From Crocosphaera subtropica ATCC 51142 (GTDB lineage: Bacteria; Cyanobacteriota; Cyanobacteriia; Cyanobacteriales; Microcystaceae), in the NCBI RefSeq assembly GCF_000017845.1, contig NC_010546.1:2040001-2072000 (forward strand): a stretch of DNA of 32,000 nucleotides. Direction: 5' to 3'. A model generated the notes under the pieces. That model searched no databases. It had not been told where the DNA came from and was given only the letters and a program-made list of their open reading frames with translations. The position numbers were made by a program, and so were the translations under genes. Position 1 is the stretch's first letter; each line of letters starts with the position of its first letter. Below are positions 16,146 to 25,770 of this stretch, one piece after another.

Positions 16146-16937
16146 TTAAACAACAGATTCTAACCGTTTTAACATGGCTTCTCTGGCTTTTTGAGCTAAA
16201 CTATCATCAAGGGGCATTAAATTGATTTCCGTTTGATATTTTTCTTGTAATGCGGTTTTAATCAACCAGTCAGCCACAAAAGGATTTTTTGGTAGTAGGG
16301 GACCGTGGGAATAAGTAGCGATCGCATGACGATAAAAAGCCCCTTCATAACCATCTTCCCCATTATTGCCATATCCAGACTTAACCTTTCCCAAAGGTTG
16401 CACGTCCCCTAAATAGGTGCGTCCCCCGTGATTTTCAAAGCCAATAATAATCGGTGGTTGACCTAACATTTGTTTTAAGTCTTCTGCCAAGGGAGAAGCA
16501 GTGACTTCAAACACCACATTACCAATACAACGGGACACATTGGGACCAGGATGTTTTGTCACTAAATCAAGTAATCCTAACCCCTCTATTCTCTGCCCTA
16601 ATGCGGGTTCATAATAATGACCGAGAAGTTGAGGTGATCCGCAAGTAAACACCCCAGGGGTTCCCCCGTCTAACTTATTCCGTAGCTGATCAGCTTTAGC
16701 CCCTTGTAAATCGCGCATGACGATTTCTTGTTGACGATCTTGGGCCCCACCCCCGACAATCACATCTACCTTTGAAAATTGATCCGCTTCTGTTTGCTGA
16801 TCGAGGGGAAGGATAGTCACGGGAATCTCTCGCCATTGACAACGGCGTTGAAGACAGATGACGTTACCACGATCGCCGTAGGTACTCATTAAGTTGGGAT
16901 AAAGCCAACCGATGGTTAAGGAACGGGGTTCAGACAT
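16146..16937 (-). CDS. Type 1 glutamine amidotransferase, CobB/CobQ-like (GatD-like)
   Basis: 263 aa with LYPNLMSTYGDRGN, a nucleophile region (VFTCGSPQLLGHYY) and GFENHGGRTYLG, as in lipid II isoglutaminyl synthase GatD-type amidotransferases. Confidence 0.75.
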   Translation of the reverse strand: MSEPRSLTIGWLYPNLMSTYGDRGNVICLQRRCQWREIPVTILPLDQQTEADQFSKVDVIVGGGAQDRQQEIVMRDLQGAKADQLRNKLDGGTPGVFTCGSPQLLGHYYEPALGQRIEGLGLLDLVTKHPGPNVSRCIGNVVFEVTASPLAEDLKQMLGQPPIIIGFENHGGRTYLGDVQPLGKVKSGYGNNGEDGYEGAFYRHAIATYSHGPLLPKNPFVADWLIKTALQEKYQTEINLMPLDDSLAQKAREAMLKRLESVV

Positions 16938-16940
16938 GGA

Positions 16941-18125
16941 TTATCGTAAACTTGCTGATTGAACTAATAATAAACTACCGGCACCCAATCCGAGAATATT
17001 AGGTAACCACGCCCCTAAAAATGGGGTTAAAACGCCCCAAATACCGAGAGAGGTACTCATAAAGGCCAAAAGATAGTAACCGAAAATTAAGCCCACACAT
17101 ACACCAAAACTGGTGGCTTTATTGGTATTTTGCGGTCTGACTCCAATGGCTGCCCCCACTACACCAAAAATTAAACAAACGAAAGGCATAGCATACTTTT
17201 CTTGAAGACGAACCTTAACCTTTCTAACGCGCTTTTCATTACCACTTAATTGCATGGCTTTAAGATATTCTTGGGTTTGGGCGATGGTCATTTCTGTGAA
17301 ATTTTGACGACGGTTGGCTAAATCTAACGGGGCCCGAGGTAAAGCGAGTTGTTGATGTTGAAAGCGGACAATATTACGATAGGAACCATCGGGGGCAATC
17401 AGGTAGATGGTACCGTTAAAAAAGTCCCAGGTATTGCTAGAAATATTCCAGGTAGCTGACTCGGAGGTAACAATTTGGTTAACCCCTTCTTGGGTTCTGT
17501 CTAAAATCGTTAACCCTTGCATCTTGTCTCCGTTATATTCCTCAGCATAGAATAAACGGGTTAAAACCGTAACTTGTTGACCGTCTTCTTCTTGAACAGT
17601 TTTGTATTCAGGATAAACAATATTGCGTTCTTTAAAGTCAGGTCGTTCTTGATTCACGGCCCGTTGTAAGGTGACGGCCGCTTCGTGGGTGGCTGCCGGT
17701 GCGATCCAATCATTAACAATAAAAGCGCATCCTGTCACCACCAAACCAAAAAGAATGACCGGAATAATTAAACGATAAACACTGACCCCTAAACTCCGCA
17801 AAGCAATAATTTCGCTGTCACTGGATAACCGACTATAAGCCATCAAAGCGGCCAGTAACATAGCCATGGGAAAGGCTAAACTCACAAATCCTGGCATTTT
17901 TAGGACTAAAATTTTCATGGCCACCGACAGCATTAGCCCTGACTCCGTTACCCGACGCACTAAATCGAATAACGTACCAATGGATAAGCCCAAAGAGGTA
18001 AAAATGCCCATGCCAAAAAGAAAGGGCAACAGCAGTTCAATAAATAAATAACGATCCATGATTGATAAACCAGGGATTCGGGGTTTTATTTTAATTTTAA
18101 TGGGGTTTATTTGACCAATATCCAT
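16941..18125 (-). CDS. LptF/LptG-family LPS export permease
   Basis: 394 aa with the YjgP/YjgQ pattern: 3 TM segments, a large periplasmic beta-jellyroll and 3 TM segments. The true start may be ATG 18059 (MDRYLFIELLLPF...). Confidence 0.85.
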   Translation of the reverse strand: MDIGQINPIKIKIKPRIPGLSIMDRYLFIELLLPFLFGMGIFTSLGLSIGTLFDLVRRVTESGLMLSVAMKILVLKMPGFVSLAFPMAMLLAALMAYSRLSSDSEIIALRSLGVSVYRLIIPVILFGLVVTGCAFIVNDWIAPAATHEAAVTLQRAVNQERPDFKERNIVYPEYKTVQEEDGQQVTVLTRLFYAEEYNGDKMQGLTILDRTQEGVNQIVTSESATWNISSNTWDFFNGTIYLIAPDGSYRNIVRFQHQQLALPRAPLDLANRRQNFTEMTIAQTQEYLKAMQLSGNEKRVRKVKVRLQEKYAMPFVCLIFGVVGAAIGVRPQNTNKATSFGVCVGLIFGYYLLAFMSTSLGIWGVLTPFLGAWLPNILGLGAGSLLLVQSASLR

Positions 18126-18160
18126 AATTTGTGTGTGATCTTGGGGTTAAAACGTTGTCT

Positions 18161-18877
18161 TTAGTTCCCTAAATAATACTGTCGAACTAGGGGATTGTTA
18201 TAAATTTCTTCAGCACTACCGGCGGCCAAGATTTGACCATCTCGCATGATATAAGCACGGTTGGTAATGGCTAGGGTGGCTTGGACATTGTGATCGGTGA
18301 TCAAAATACCCATCTGGCGATCGCATAATTGAGCGATCATGGTTTGAATTTCTGAGACAGCGATAGGGTCAACGCCGGCAAAGGGTTCATCCAATAGTAA
18401 AAAGTCTGGTCCTTGTTGCCCCACGGCTAAGGAACGGGCTAATTCCGTTCTGCGTCTTTCTCCCCCAGAAACTTGAGATCCTTTGGTGTGGGCAATTTTT
18501 TCAAGACGGAACTCTTTAAGTAAAGTATGCAATCGCTGAGGCCGTTGTCGAAAGGGAACATTTGTTTGTTCTAGGGCAACTTGGATGTTTTCGGCCACAC
18601 TGAGATGACGAAAAATACTCGGTTGTTGGGTCATATAACCAATCCCTAGGCGGGCCCGCTTATTCAAGGGTAAGCGAGTCACTTCTTGTTGATTTAACCA
18701 AACTCTTCCTTTATTGGGTTTAATCAGACCTGTCGCGATGTAAAATGTCGTTGTTTTCCCTGCACCGTTGGGGCCAAGAAGACCCACAATTTCTCCAGGG
18801 GCAACTTTTAGATTAACGCGATTAACAATGTCTCTTTTTCCATAGGTTTTATGGATATTTTCTAAAATCAGTGTCAT
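18161..18877 (-). CDS. lptB: LPS export ABC transporter ATP-binding protein LptB
   Basis: 238 aa with Walker A (GPNGAGKTT), a Q-loop, the signature VSGGERRR, Walker B (LLLDEPFAGVDP) and an H-loop (ITDHN). It lies between OstA-like and LptF/G genes. Confidence 0.9.
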   Translation of the reverse strand: MTLILENIHKTYGKRDIVNRVNLKVAPGEIVGLLGPNGAGKTTTFYIATGLIKPNKGRVWLNQQEVTRLPLNKRARLGIGYMTQQPSIFRHLSVAENIQVALEQTNVPFRQRPQRLHTLLKEFRLEKIAHTKGSQVSGGERRRTELARSLAVGQQGPDFLLLDEPFAGVDPIAVSEIQTMIAQLCDRQMGILITDHNVQATLAITNRAYIMRDGQILAAGSAEEIYNNPLVRQYYLGN

Positions 18878-18888
18878 GGATTCAGAAT

Positions 18889-19392
18889 TTAAAATTGGGG
18901 AGTGGGTAAGGTGGTATCTAAAGGCGGTGCCGGTGATACGGGAACTGGTTGAGGCGGGCTGTCTTCGGCTTCTGTGACGAGATAGATTGATTCTACCTGT
19001 TGTGCCGATTCTGGGGTAGCAATAAACCGCCCTTCATCGATTAAATAGGTCATGGTTTCAGCCCGCATACTGTTGCCTTCTTGTAGCACATAAACGTCTC
19101 CTGTGAGAACTAAACGCCGTTCTCGACTAAAATATTGTGCTTGGGCGGAAGTTCCCTGAATTTGCCTGGCCGGGTAGAAAAACTGCACGTTACCCCTAGC
19201 AGTTACCACTCCGGTTTCTGAGTTGGCTTCTTGGATATCGGAACGAACCGTAAGGGGACTATTGGGGGGTGGAGTTTGGGCGTAGGTGTTTTTGGGGGCG
19301 GTTTTGAGGGCTAGGATACCCATGAGGACAGCTAAGGTACAACCAAGGGTTCCTAGGGTGTTTTTGCGATAGGACATAGAAATAGAAAACAT
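18889..19392 (-). CDS. LptA/OstA-family (LptA/LptC-like) periplasmic protein
   Basis: 167 aa with a signal anchor (LGCTLAVLMGILALK) and an OstA-like beta region (VTARGNVQFFYPARQIQG...LVLTGDVYVLQEGNSMRAETMTY). First gene of the lpt cluster. Confidence 0.7.
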   Translation of the reverse strand: MFSISMSYRKNTLGTLGCTLAVLMGILALKTAPKNTYAQTPPPNSPLTVRSDIQEANSETGVVTARGNVQFFYPARQIQGTSAQAQYFSRERRLVLTGDVYVLQEGNSMRAETMTYLIDEGRFIATPESAQQVESIYLVTEAEDSPPQPVPVSPAPPLDTTLPTPQF

Positions 19393-19616
19393 GGTCTAGG
19401 ATCGCTTTTAAGTGTATTCTATTGTCTTAGTGTACTCAATCTTTTTTATGGCAATGTTAAAAGTGTCTAATAATTGTTACCTGTCAAGTTAGGAGGACGA
19501 AAGGAGTGAGGAGTTTGTTGCTGATGGGCTGTTGTGTTTTAAGGCCAAAGGCAAGATGGCAAAAATAACTTAAGAGATAAAACTTTAAAAATTAGAATCT
19601 TTTTGATCACCTTTAA

Positions 19617-20260
19617 TTATTCATTATTTCTTAAACTTTCTTCAAACTCCCATAAAGCTTGGCTATTTCCTACTAAGCTCGCTTTTTCTATTAATTTCGG
19701 TATTGCTTCTATTATTTTCACATCGGGAAAGTTTAGACTAACAGAAGATTTTTGATACTCTTTTTCTTTCAAAATATAGATGGTTAATTCACTTTGGTAA
19801 TAAACCCATAATTCAGGAACCCTTAGCTTTTGATAGGCGGTAATTTCTGTCAAAGAAGTTAAATCATATTCTAGGGCTAAATCAGGGGGTGGATCTTGGG
19901 TTAAGTCTAATCTATTTTTACCAATAACTGCTTGATAATTTTTAATATAAAAGCATTCATCTGGTTCGATACCTGCTTCCATAATTTGATGTTTAAAGGT
20001 AGTTGATCCTAAAGCTTCCCAAGGTTTTTTTGAACTCTAAGAATAATTTTAACGAGATCAGAAATTAATATTTTAACTCATTTGTGTTCAGGTAAAGGGG
20101 ACATAATTTCTAAACAATTTAGACTGTAAGCTAATCTAAGGGTTCTTTTTTCACCTAATTCTTCTAAAACCTGTTCAAATTCAAGCCAACTTAAATTAGG
20201 AATGGTAATCTTACTACCCAAATTAAGATGTATTGTATGAATAGGAGTTAATACTGTCAT
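19617..20260 (-). pseudogene. Uma2-family endonuclease, disrupted (in-frame TGA plus frameshift)
   Basis: ORFs 20078-20260 (N-terminal part, ...LEIMSPLPEHK*) and 19617-19982 (C-terminal part, EAGIEPDECFYIKNY...PELWVY) are two pieces of one Uma2 gene. The gap still reads VKILISDLVKIILRVQK / KPWEALGSTTFKHQI once the TGA at 20078-20080 and a shift at the T7 run (20015-20021) are bridged. Confidence 0.7.
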
Positions 20261-20294
20261 AATAATTATGGTGGCTGTTTGGAAGATAAAATCA

Positions 20295-23200
20295 TTAGTC
20301 CCATTGACTGTAAATAGAATTTGAGCAACTCCAAGTTGGGGGGTTTCTTAGCCAGTTTTCTACTTCTGAAGCAGGTAAAGGTTTAGCAAATAAGTAACCT
20401 TGTCCTTGTTCACAGCCTAAGCGTCGTAGTTGAGCTAATTGTAATTCAGTTTCTACTCCTTCTGCAATAATATCTAATCCTAAAATATGGGCTAAACTAA
20501 CAATAGCTCGCACAATTTCTGCGTTTTCATTATCGGGTTCCATCCGCATAACAAAAGAGCGATCAATTTTTAAGGTATTAACAGGAAAACGATGTAAATA
20601 ACTCAGGGAAGAATATCCAGTTCCAAAATCATCTAAACAAATTTCAATATCCCGTTCCTGTATCTTTAATAAAATCTCTGTTGCCGCTTGTAAATTTTCC
20701 ATTAATAGGGTTTCTGTAATTTCCAGTTTTAAATTTTTACTATCCAATTGAGTATCTCTTAATATCTGATCAATGGTATCAATTAAGTTCGTATATTTTA
20801 ATTGTTTACTTGATAAATTAACCGCAACTTTTAGATGAGAATAATGAGGGAATTGATTTTGCCATTTTTTTAGTTGCTGACACGCTTCTTTTAATGTCCA
20901 TTCGCCGATGGGGATAATTAATCCTGTTTCTTCGGCAATGGGAATAAACTGACCTGGAGAAATTAAATTTTTCTGAGGATGATACCAACGAATTAAGGCT
21001 TCAAATCCCGTTAAATGCCCTGTTTTTAAAGAAATAATTGGCTGATAATATAAACAAAATTCTTGTTTATTGATCCCTATTCTTAAATCAGTTTCTAACT
21101 GCAAACGACTAACGGCTCGTTCGTGCATTTTATGATCAAAAATAGCATAACAGGCTTTACCATCGGCTTTAGCACGGTACATGGCTGTATCTGCATCTCG
21201 TAAAATTTCAGCAGCTTCTTGATAACCTGAACTGTTTAAAGCAATCCCAATGCTAGTATTAATAAAGATATTTTGGTCTTCTAAAATAAAGGGTTGTGTT
21301 AAATCTAAATGGATACGTTTAGCGATTTTAATTGCATCTTTGATGTCTTCAATATCTTCTAATAAAATGGTAAATTCATCCCCCCCTAACCTAGCTAATG
21401 TATCATCACTGCGTAAGCCATTTTGAAGTCGAAGGGCAATTTCTTGTAATAATTGATCGCCAATGGCATGACCTAAACTATCATTAATAACTTTAAATTC
21501 ATCGAGATCCAAAAAGAGAACAGCAAAGATAAACTTAGGATGCCGTTTTTGTCTTTCTATGGCGTGTTCTAGACGATCCATAAATAAAATTCGGTTCGGC
21601 AAATTGGTCAAGGGATCGTGGGTAGCATTATATTGTAGTTGTTCTTCTGCTCGTTTTTGTTCAGTGATATCGCTATCAATACCATCAATACGAATTAAAT
21701 TGTTTTTGTCGTTATAAACGCAGCGCATTCGACTCGATAACCAGCGAATTTTATCATTGTTTCTGATAATACGGTATTTATATTCTGTGTAACCAATTTC
21801 TTTAACAATTTGACGATGATATTGAACTAATTCTTGATCTTCAGGATGAATTAATTGCAACCAAAGATGAGGATTATCATACAATTTTTCTAAGGAAAAA
21901 CCCAGGGTCATTTGAGCAACAGGATTAATATAAATTAATTTAGAAAAATTAGCATCAAAAGACCAAACTACATCTTGAATGGAGTTTAAGATTCCTTCTA
22001 ATCTTTGTTCACTTTCAGATAAGGCTTGCTCCATTTTTTTGCGTTGGCTAATATCTGTAATCATCCCTAATGATCCCAGATAATTTCCTTGATGATCAAA
22101 CAAGGGATTCGTAGAAACAATCGTCCATAATTCTTGTCCATCACGACAACGGAACTTAAAATCGTGGGTTTCAGCAATACCTTGACGACGTTGTTGAATC
22201 TTTTCTTGAACTCTTATGTTATCTTCAAAATCAACAAAATCAAATAGGTTTTTATCCATCATTTCATTCATTTCATAGCCTAACATTTTTGCCATTTGTT
22301 GATTAACAAATGTAGTTTTATTATCTTGATCAATAATCCAGATTCCTTCTGTAGCTGTCTCTACAATTTGACGATATTTTTCTTCACTTTCTAATAAAGC
22401 TTCTTGGGCTTCATAATTTTCTGTAATGTCTCTTAAAGACAGCAAATAAGCGGATTCCCCTTGCCAAGTAATATCAGCAACCCGCATTTGAGCAATAATT
22501 AATTTTCCTTGGGGTTGTTGAATAAAAATTTCAGTGAGTTGATCGTTTCCTAAGGGTAAACCTAACGGATGATCCATTAATTGCTTGGCAGAACGGCCAA
22601 ACAACTTCACTCCTGCATCATTAATAAAACGAACCTTCCCTTGTGTATTTACTACCAATAAACCATCGGAAATGGTGCTAATAATTCGCCCTAATCTTTC
22701 TTCACTTTCTTGAAGGGCAAAGGTTTGATGGGTTTGTTGAGTAATATCAATGGTTTGACCTAATAAATGTAGGGGGTTTCCTTCAATATCCCGAATCAAA
22801 GTGGCTTGGTGTAAGCCATAAATAATTTGCTTACTCTTGGTAATGTAGCGTTTCTCCAGGCTAAAACTATTAATGGTTCCTGATAGTAACTGGTTGAATA
22901 ACTTTTTTTCTTTTTCTAGATCGTCAGGATGAGTAATATCTGCACAGCCTTTTGTTAATAATTCTTCTGCACTATAGCCAACTAATTGACATAAAGCTTC
23001 GTTAACATTAATTAATTTGCCTTCCATATTGGCTAAGCCCATAGCCGTTGGGGACTTATCAAACAAAAGACGAAACTTTTCTTCACTTTTTCTTAAGGCG
23101 AGTTCGATCTTTTTCCATTCGGTAACATCCCGCGCAACGGCATAAATCTTTTTTTCTTCAATATTAGCCACAGATGTCCAAGCTAACCAACGATAGGAAC

Positions 23201-24047
23201 CATCTTGACAACGATAACGATTTTCGCAATGACAGTTTTGTTTCCCTTGGGTCAGGTTTTCTAATTCTGCTACGGTAGAGAGTTGATCGTCGGGATGGAC
23301 GAACTCCAGGAACGGTTTAGACTTTAATTCTGCTACTGAATAACCGAGAGTCCGACTAAAAACCCTATTAATGCTTTTAAAATAACCATCAAATCCTGCA
23401 ATACAGCACATTTCCAAGTTGAGGTTAAAAAAGCGATCGCTGTCAATGTTGATGATATCTGTTGCTTGATCGTTAACTGATGGTTCGGGGTTGGGTTGTA
23501 TTCGAGTAATCATCGTCCCAATTAATTGGGTAATAATTTCTAAAAAGGTACATTCTTGTGGAGTATAATCACGTTTTTGGTTACTATACACCCCTAAAAC
23601 CCCGTAAAATTTATCAGGTGTGGGAATAATGACACTAACACCACTGATGACACCATGATTGTCTAAAAAGGAGTGAGGAGGAAAAGGATTATAGCGGGTA
23701 AAATCTTCAATGATTAGGGTTTGACCCGTATTGATGGTTTGGGTCAGTTGACAGGGTTGGGTTAACGGAATAATCAGTGATCCCATTAACTCTGTTGTCC
23801 AGCCTACTCCAGCAATTAAACGTAATTCTTGGTCATTCGTCCCTTGTTTTAAAATGGCACAATAGGGAACCTTGAGACTCTCAGCAATAATGTGGGTAAC
23901 TTCTTGAAGAAGAAGATTAATGTCTTGACATTGCCAAGCAAGTTGAGCAATTTTACCTATCGCTTTATGTTGGGAAATTTGTGCTTCGACGGTGCATTCC
24001 CAGAATTTTTGATCGTTTTTGCTTTGGTATCGAAGCTTGTCTTTCAC
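20295..24047 (-). CDS. Multi-sensor c-di-GMP signalling protein: GAF + about 5 PAS/PAC + GGDEF + EAL
   Basis: 1250 aa with an N-terminal GAF-like region and repeated PAS/PAC blocks (ITERK/ITEQK/ISQRK boundary helices). The diguanylate cyclase motif is RLGGDEFTILL. The EAL domain shows FEALIRW, EITE and DDFGTGYSSLSYL. Confidence 0.92.
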   Translation of the reverse strand: MKDKLRYQSKNDQKFWECTVEAQISQHKAIGKIAQLAWQCQDINLLLQEVTHIIAESLKVPYCAILKQGTNDQELRLIAGVGWTTELMGSLIIPLTQPCQLTQTINTGQTLIIEDFTRYNPFPPHSFLDNHGVISGVSVIIPTPDKFYGVLGVYSNQKRDYTPQECTFLEIITQLIGTMITRIQPNPEPSVNDQATDIINIDSDRFFNLNLEMCCIAGFDGYFKSINRVFSRTLGYSVAELKSKPFLEFVHPDDQLSTVAELENLTQGKQNCHCENRYRCQDGSYRWLAWTSVANIEEKKIYAVARDVTEWKKIELALRKSEEKFRLLFDKSPTAMGLANMEGKLINVNEALCQLVGYSAEELLTKGCADITHPDDLEKEKKLFNQLLSGTINSFSLEKRYITKSKQIIYGLHQATLIRDIEGNPLHLLGQTIDITQQTHQTFALQESEERLGRIISTISDGLLVVNTQGKVRFINDAGVKLFGRSAKQLMDHPLGLPLGNDQLTEIFIQQPQGKLIIAQMRVADITWQGESAYLLSLRDITENYEAQEALLESEEKYRQIVETATEGIWIIDQDNKTTFVNQQMAKMLGYEMNEMMDKNLFDFVDFEDNIRVQEKIQQRRQGIAETHDFKFRCRDGQELWTIVSTNPLFDHQGNYLGSLGMITDISQRKKMEQALSESEQRLEGILNSIQDVVWSFDANFSKLIYINPVAQMTLGFSLEKLYDNPHLWLQLIHPEDQELVQYHRQIVKEIGYTEYKYRIIRNNDKIRWLSSRMRCVYNDKNNLIRIDGIDSDITEQKRAEEQLQYNATHDPLTNLPNRILFMDRLEHAIERQKRHPKFIFAVLFLDLDEFKVINDSLGHAIGDQLLQEIALRLQNGLRSDDTLARLGGDEFTILLEDIEDIKDAIKIAKRIHLDLTQPFILEDQNIFINTSIGIALNSSGYQEAAEILRDADTAMYRAKADGKACYAIFDHKMHERAVSRLQLETDLRIGINKQEFCLYYQPIISLKTGHLTGFEALIRWYHPQKNLISPGQFIPIAEETGLIIPIGEWTLKEACQQLKKWQNQFPHYSHLKVAVNLSSKQLKYTNLIDTIDQILRDTQLDSKNLKLEITETLLMENLQAATEILLKIQERDIEICLDDFGTGYSSLSYLHRFPVNTLKIDRSFVMRMEPDNENAEIVRAIVSLAHILGLDIIAEGVETELQLAQLRRLGCEQGQGYLFAKPLPASEVENWLRNPPTWSCSNSIYSQWD

Positions 24048-24337
24048 TCGTATTCAGTCCCCATTCCATTGCTGTAAGCCTGGATTCTCTTATTTTAGCT
24101 AACTTTTTCAACTCTTTTTTAATTCTAATCAAATTTGCTGGAGTTTTGAAGAGAATGTAAATAGTTAGTAATAATAACCTAAAATTACTTTGATTTAACG
24201 CTTCTTTAGGAGTATCCCATTTTTGCACAAGAATTCTCTATTAATGTTAACAGAGGGAAAAGGGTCGAAATTCATAGAATCAACTACTATTAACATAACT
24301 GCTTTTTTGCAGATGAAATAAGTTAAAATATTTGAGT

Positions 24338-25672
24338 ATGTTTAGATTTTTTTTGATAATTTCAACATTTTTTTTTGTATCTCTAGCTTTACGATTTTGG
24401 AATTTAGGACAATTTAATACTCTGGTATTCGATGAAGTTTATTATGCTAAGTTTGCCAACAATTATTTAACTCAAACACCTTTTTTTAATTCTCATCCTC
24501 CCCTAACAGAATATTTAATAGCCATCGGAATTTGGATGGGATCTTGGTTTCCGGCTTCTCCTGACATTACTAATAATTTAACTGGATCTTGGCACTCTAC
24601 TGTTAGTTATCGTTGGTTAAATGCCTTAACTGGTTCTTTTTTTCCTATCATTTTAGGAGCGATCGCTTATCAACTTACTCATCGTTATTCTTATACTATA
24701 ATTGTCACTTTTCTGGCCACGTTAGAGGGATTATTTTTAGTGGAATCTCGTTATGCTTTGAATAATATTTATTTAGTTAATTTCGGCTTATTAAGTCATT
24801 TATTATTCTTGCTTTTTATTAATCAAAAAAAATATTTGTGTTTAACATTAAGTGGTATCTTTTTAGGAGCAGCATCAGCTATTAAGTGGAATGGTTTAGG
24901 CTTTTTATTAGGAATTTATTTGATTATTTTTATTGTTTACTTATCTCAAAAATTAAAGCATTTATTTGATTCTAGAAATTTAGGAATAGTTGAAAATATA
25001 AATTGTTTAAAACCTTCTTTATTACTATTTAATTTGTTGGTCATTCCCATGTTTACTTATAGTATTCTTTGGTTACCCTATCTATTATTAAATCCTGAGT
25101 ATAGTTGGTGGGAAATTCATCAAAAAATATGGTCTTTTCATCAAAGTATCGGGGATAGTTCTGACGTTCATCCCTATTGTTCTAAATGGTACAGTTGGTT
25201 AATTATGGCCAGGCCAATTGCTTATTTTTATGAGAAAATAAATACACCATCGGGAACGATTATTTATGATGTTCATGCTATGGGAAATCCTATTTTATGG
25301 TGGTTAGCAACGGGTTCGATTTTAATTTTTAGTATTTTTATGATTGTAACTTTATTTAAACAAAAGTATAATCCTTACCTTTCAGTCATTTTATTTATTA
25401 TTATTAATTATTTTGCTAATTTATTACCTTGGACATTAGTTAGTCGTTGTACATTTTTATATCATTATATGCCTTCTTACAGCTTTTCTTTACTAGGAAT
25501 TGGTTTAATTATTGAACAGTGTTTAATCAGTGGATTGATTATTAATCGTCGTTTAGGAATCATACTATTGTTATTAATTAGCTTTGCTTTTATTTACTGG
25601 TTACCTATTTATTTAGGACTTCCTCTATCTCTAAGAGGATTTGATTTAAGGATGTTACCTAACTGGATTTGA
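24338..25672 (+). CDS. Phospholipid-carrier-dependent glycosyltransferase (PMT/GT39-like)
   Basis: About 444 aa, polytopic. Loop 1 has RFWNLGQFNTLVFDEVYYAKFANNY (the DE motif of the PMT family), followed by many TM segments. ATG 24338 is preferred over TTG 24332. Confidence 0.8.
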   Translation: MFRFFLIISTFFFVSLALRFWNLGQFNTLVFDEVYYAKFANNYLTQTPFFNSHPPLTEYLIAIGIWMGSWFPASPDITNNLTGSWHSTVSYRWLNALTGSFFPIILGAIAYQLTHRYSYTIIVTFLATLEGLFLVESRYALNNIYLVNFGLLSHLLFLLFINQKKYLCLTLSGIFLGAASAIKWNGLGFLLGIYLIIFIVYLSQKLKHLFDSRNLGIVENINCLKPSLLLFNLLVIPMFTYSILWLPYLLLNPEYSWWEIHQKIWSFHQSIGDSSDVHPYCSKWYSWLIMARPIAYFYEKINTPSGTIIYDVHAMGNPILWWLATGSILIFSIFMIVTLFKQKYNPYLSVILFIIINYFANLLPWTLVSRCTFLYHYMPSYSFSLLGIGLIIEQCLISGLIINRRLGIILLLLISFAFIYWLPIYLGLPLSLRGFDLRMLPNWI

Positions 25673-25702
25673 TAAAATAATTAAATAAACAATACCATTT
25701 TA

Positions 25703-25768
25703 GATGGGCAATGTATATAATCATTGCTAAATAAAATTTTAGCTTTTTAGATAGTATTGCCCACCTTA
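25703..25768. repeat. Split copy of the GGTGGGCA/TGCCCACC palindrome
   Basis: GATGGGCAAT (25703-25712) and ATTGCCCACC (25756-25765) are reverse complements with 1 mismatch, separated by 43 AT-rich nt. Related copies lie at 6195-6220 (degenerate), 10698-10719 and 30920-30936. Confidence 0.5.
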
Positions 25769-25770
25769 GC

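Noticed and set aside
23892-24228. ORFs 23892-24077 (+) and 23965-24228 (-) at the 5' end of the sensor gene
   Set aside because: Both overlap the sensor gene start and the divergent promoter region. Their products are low-complexity and basic, with no Shine-Dalgarno sequence or family resemblance.
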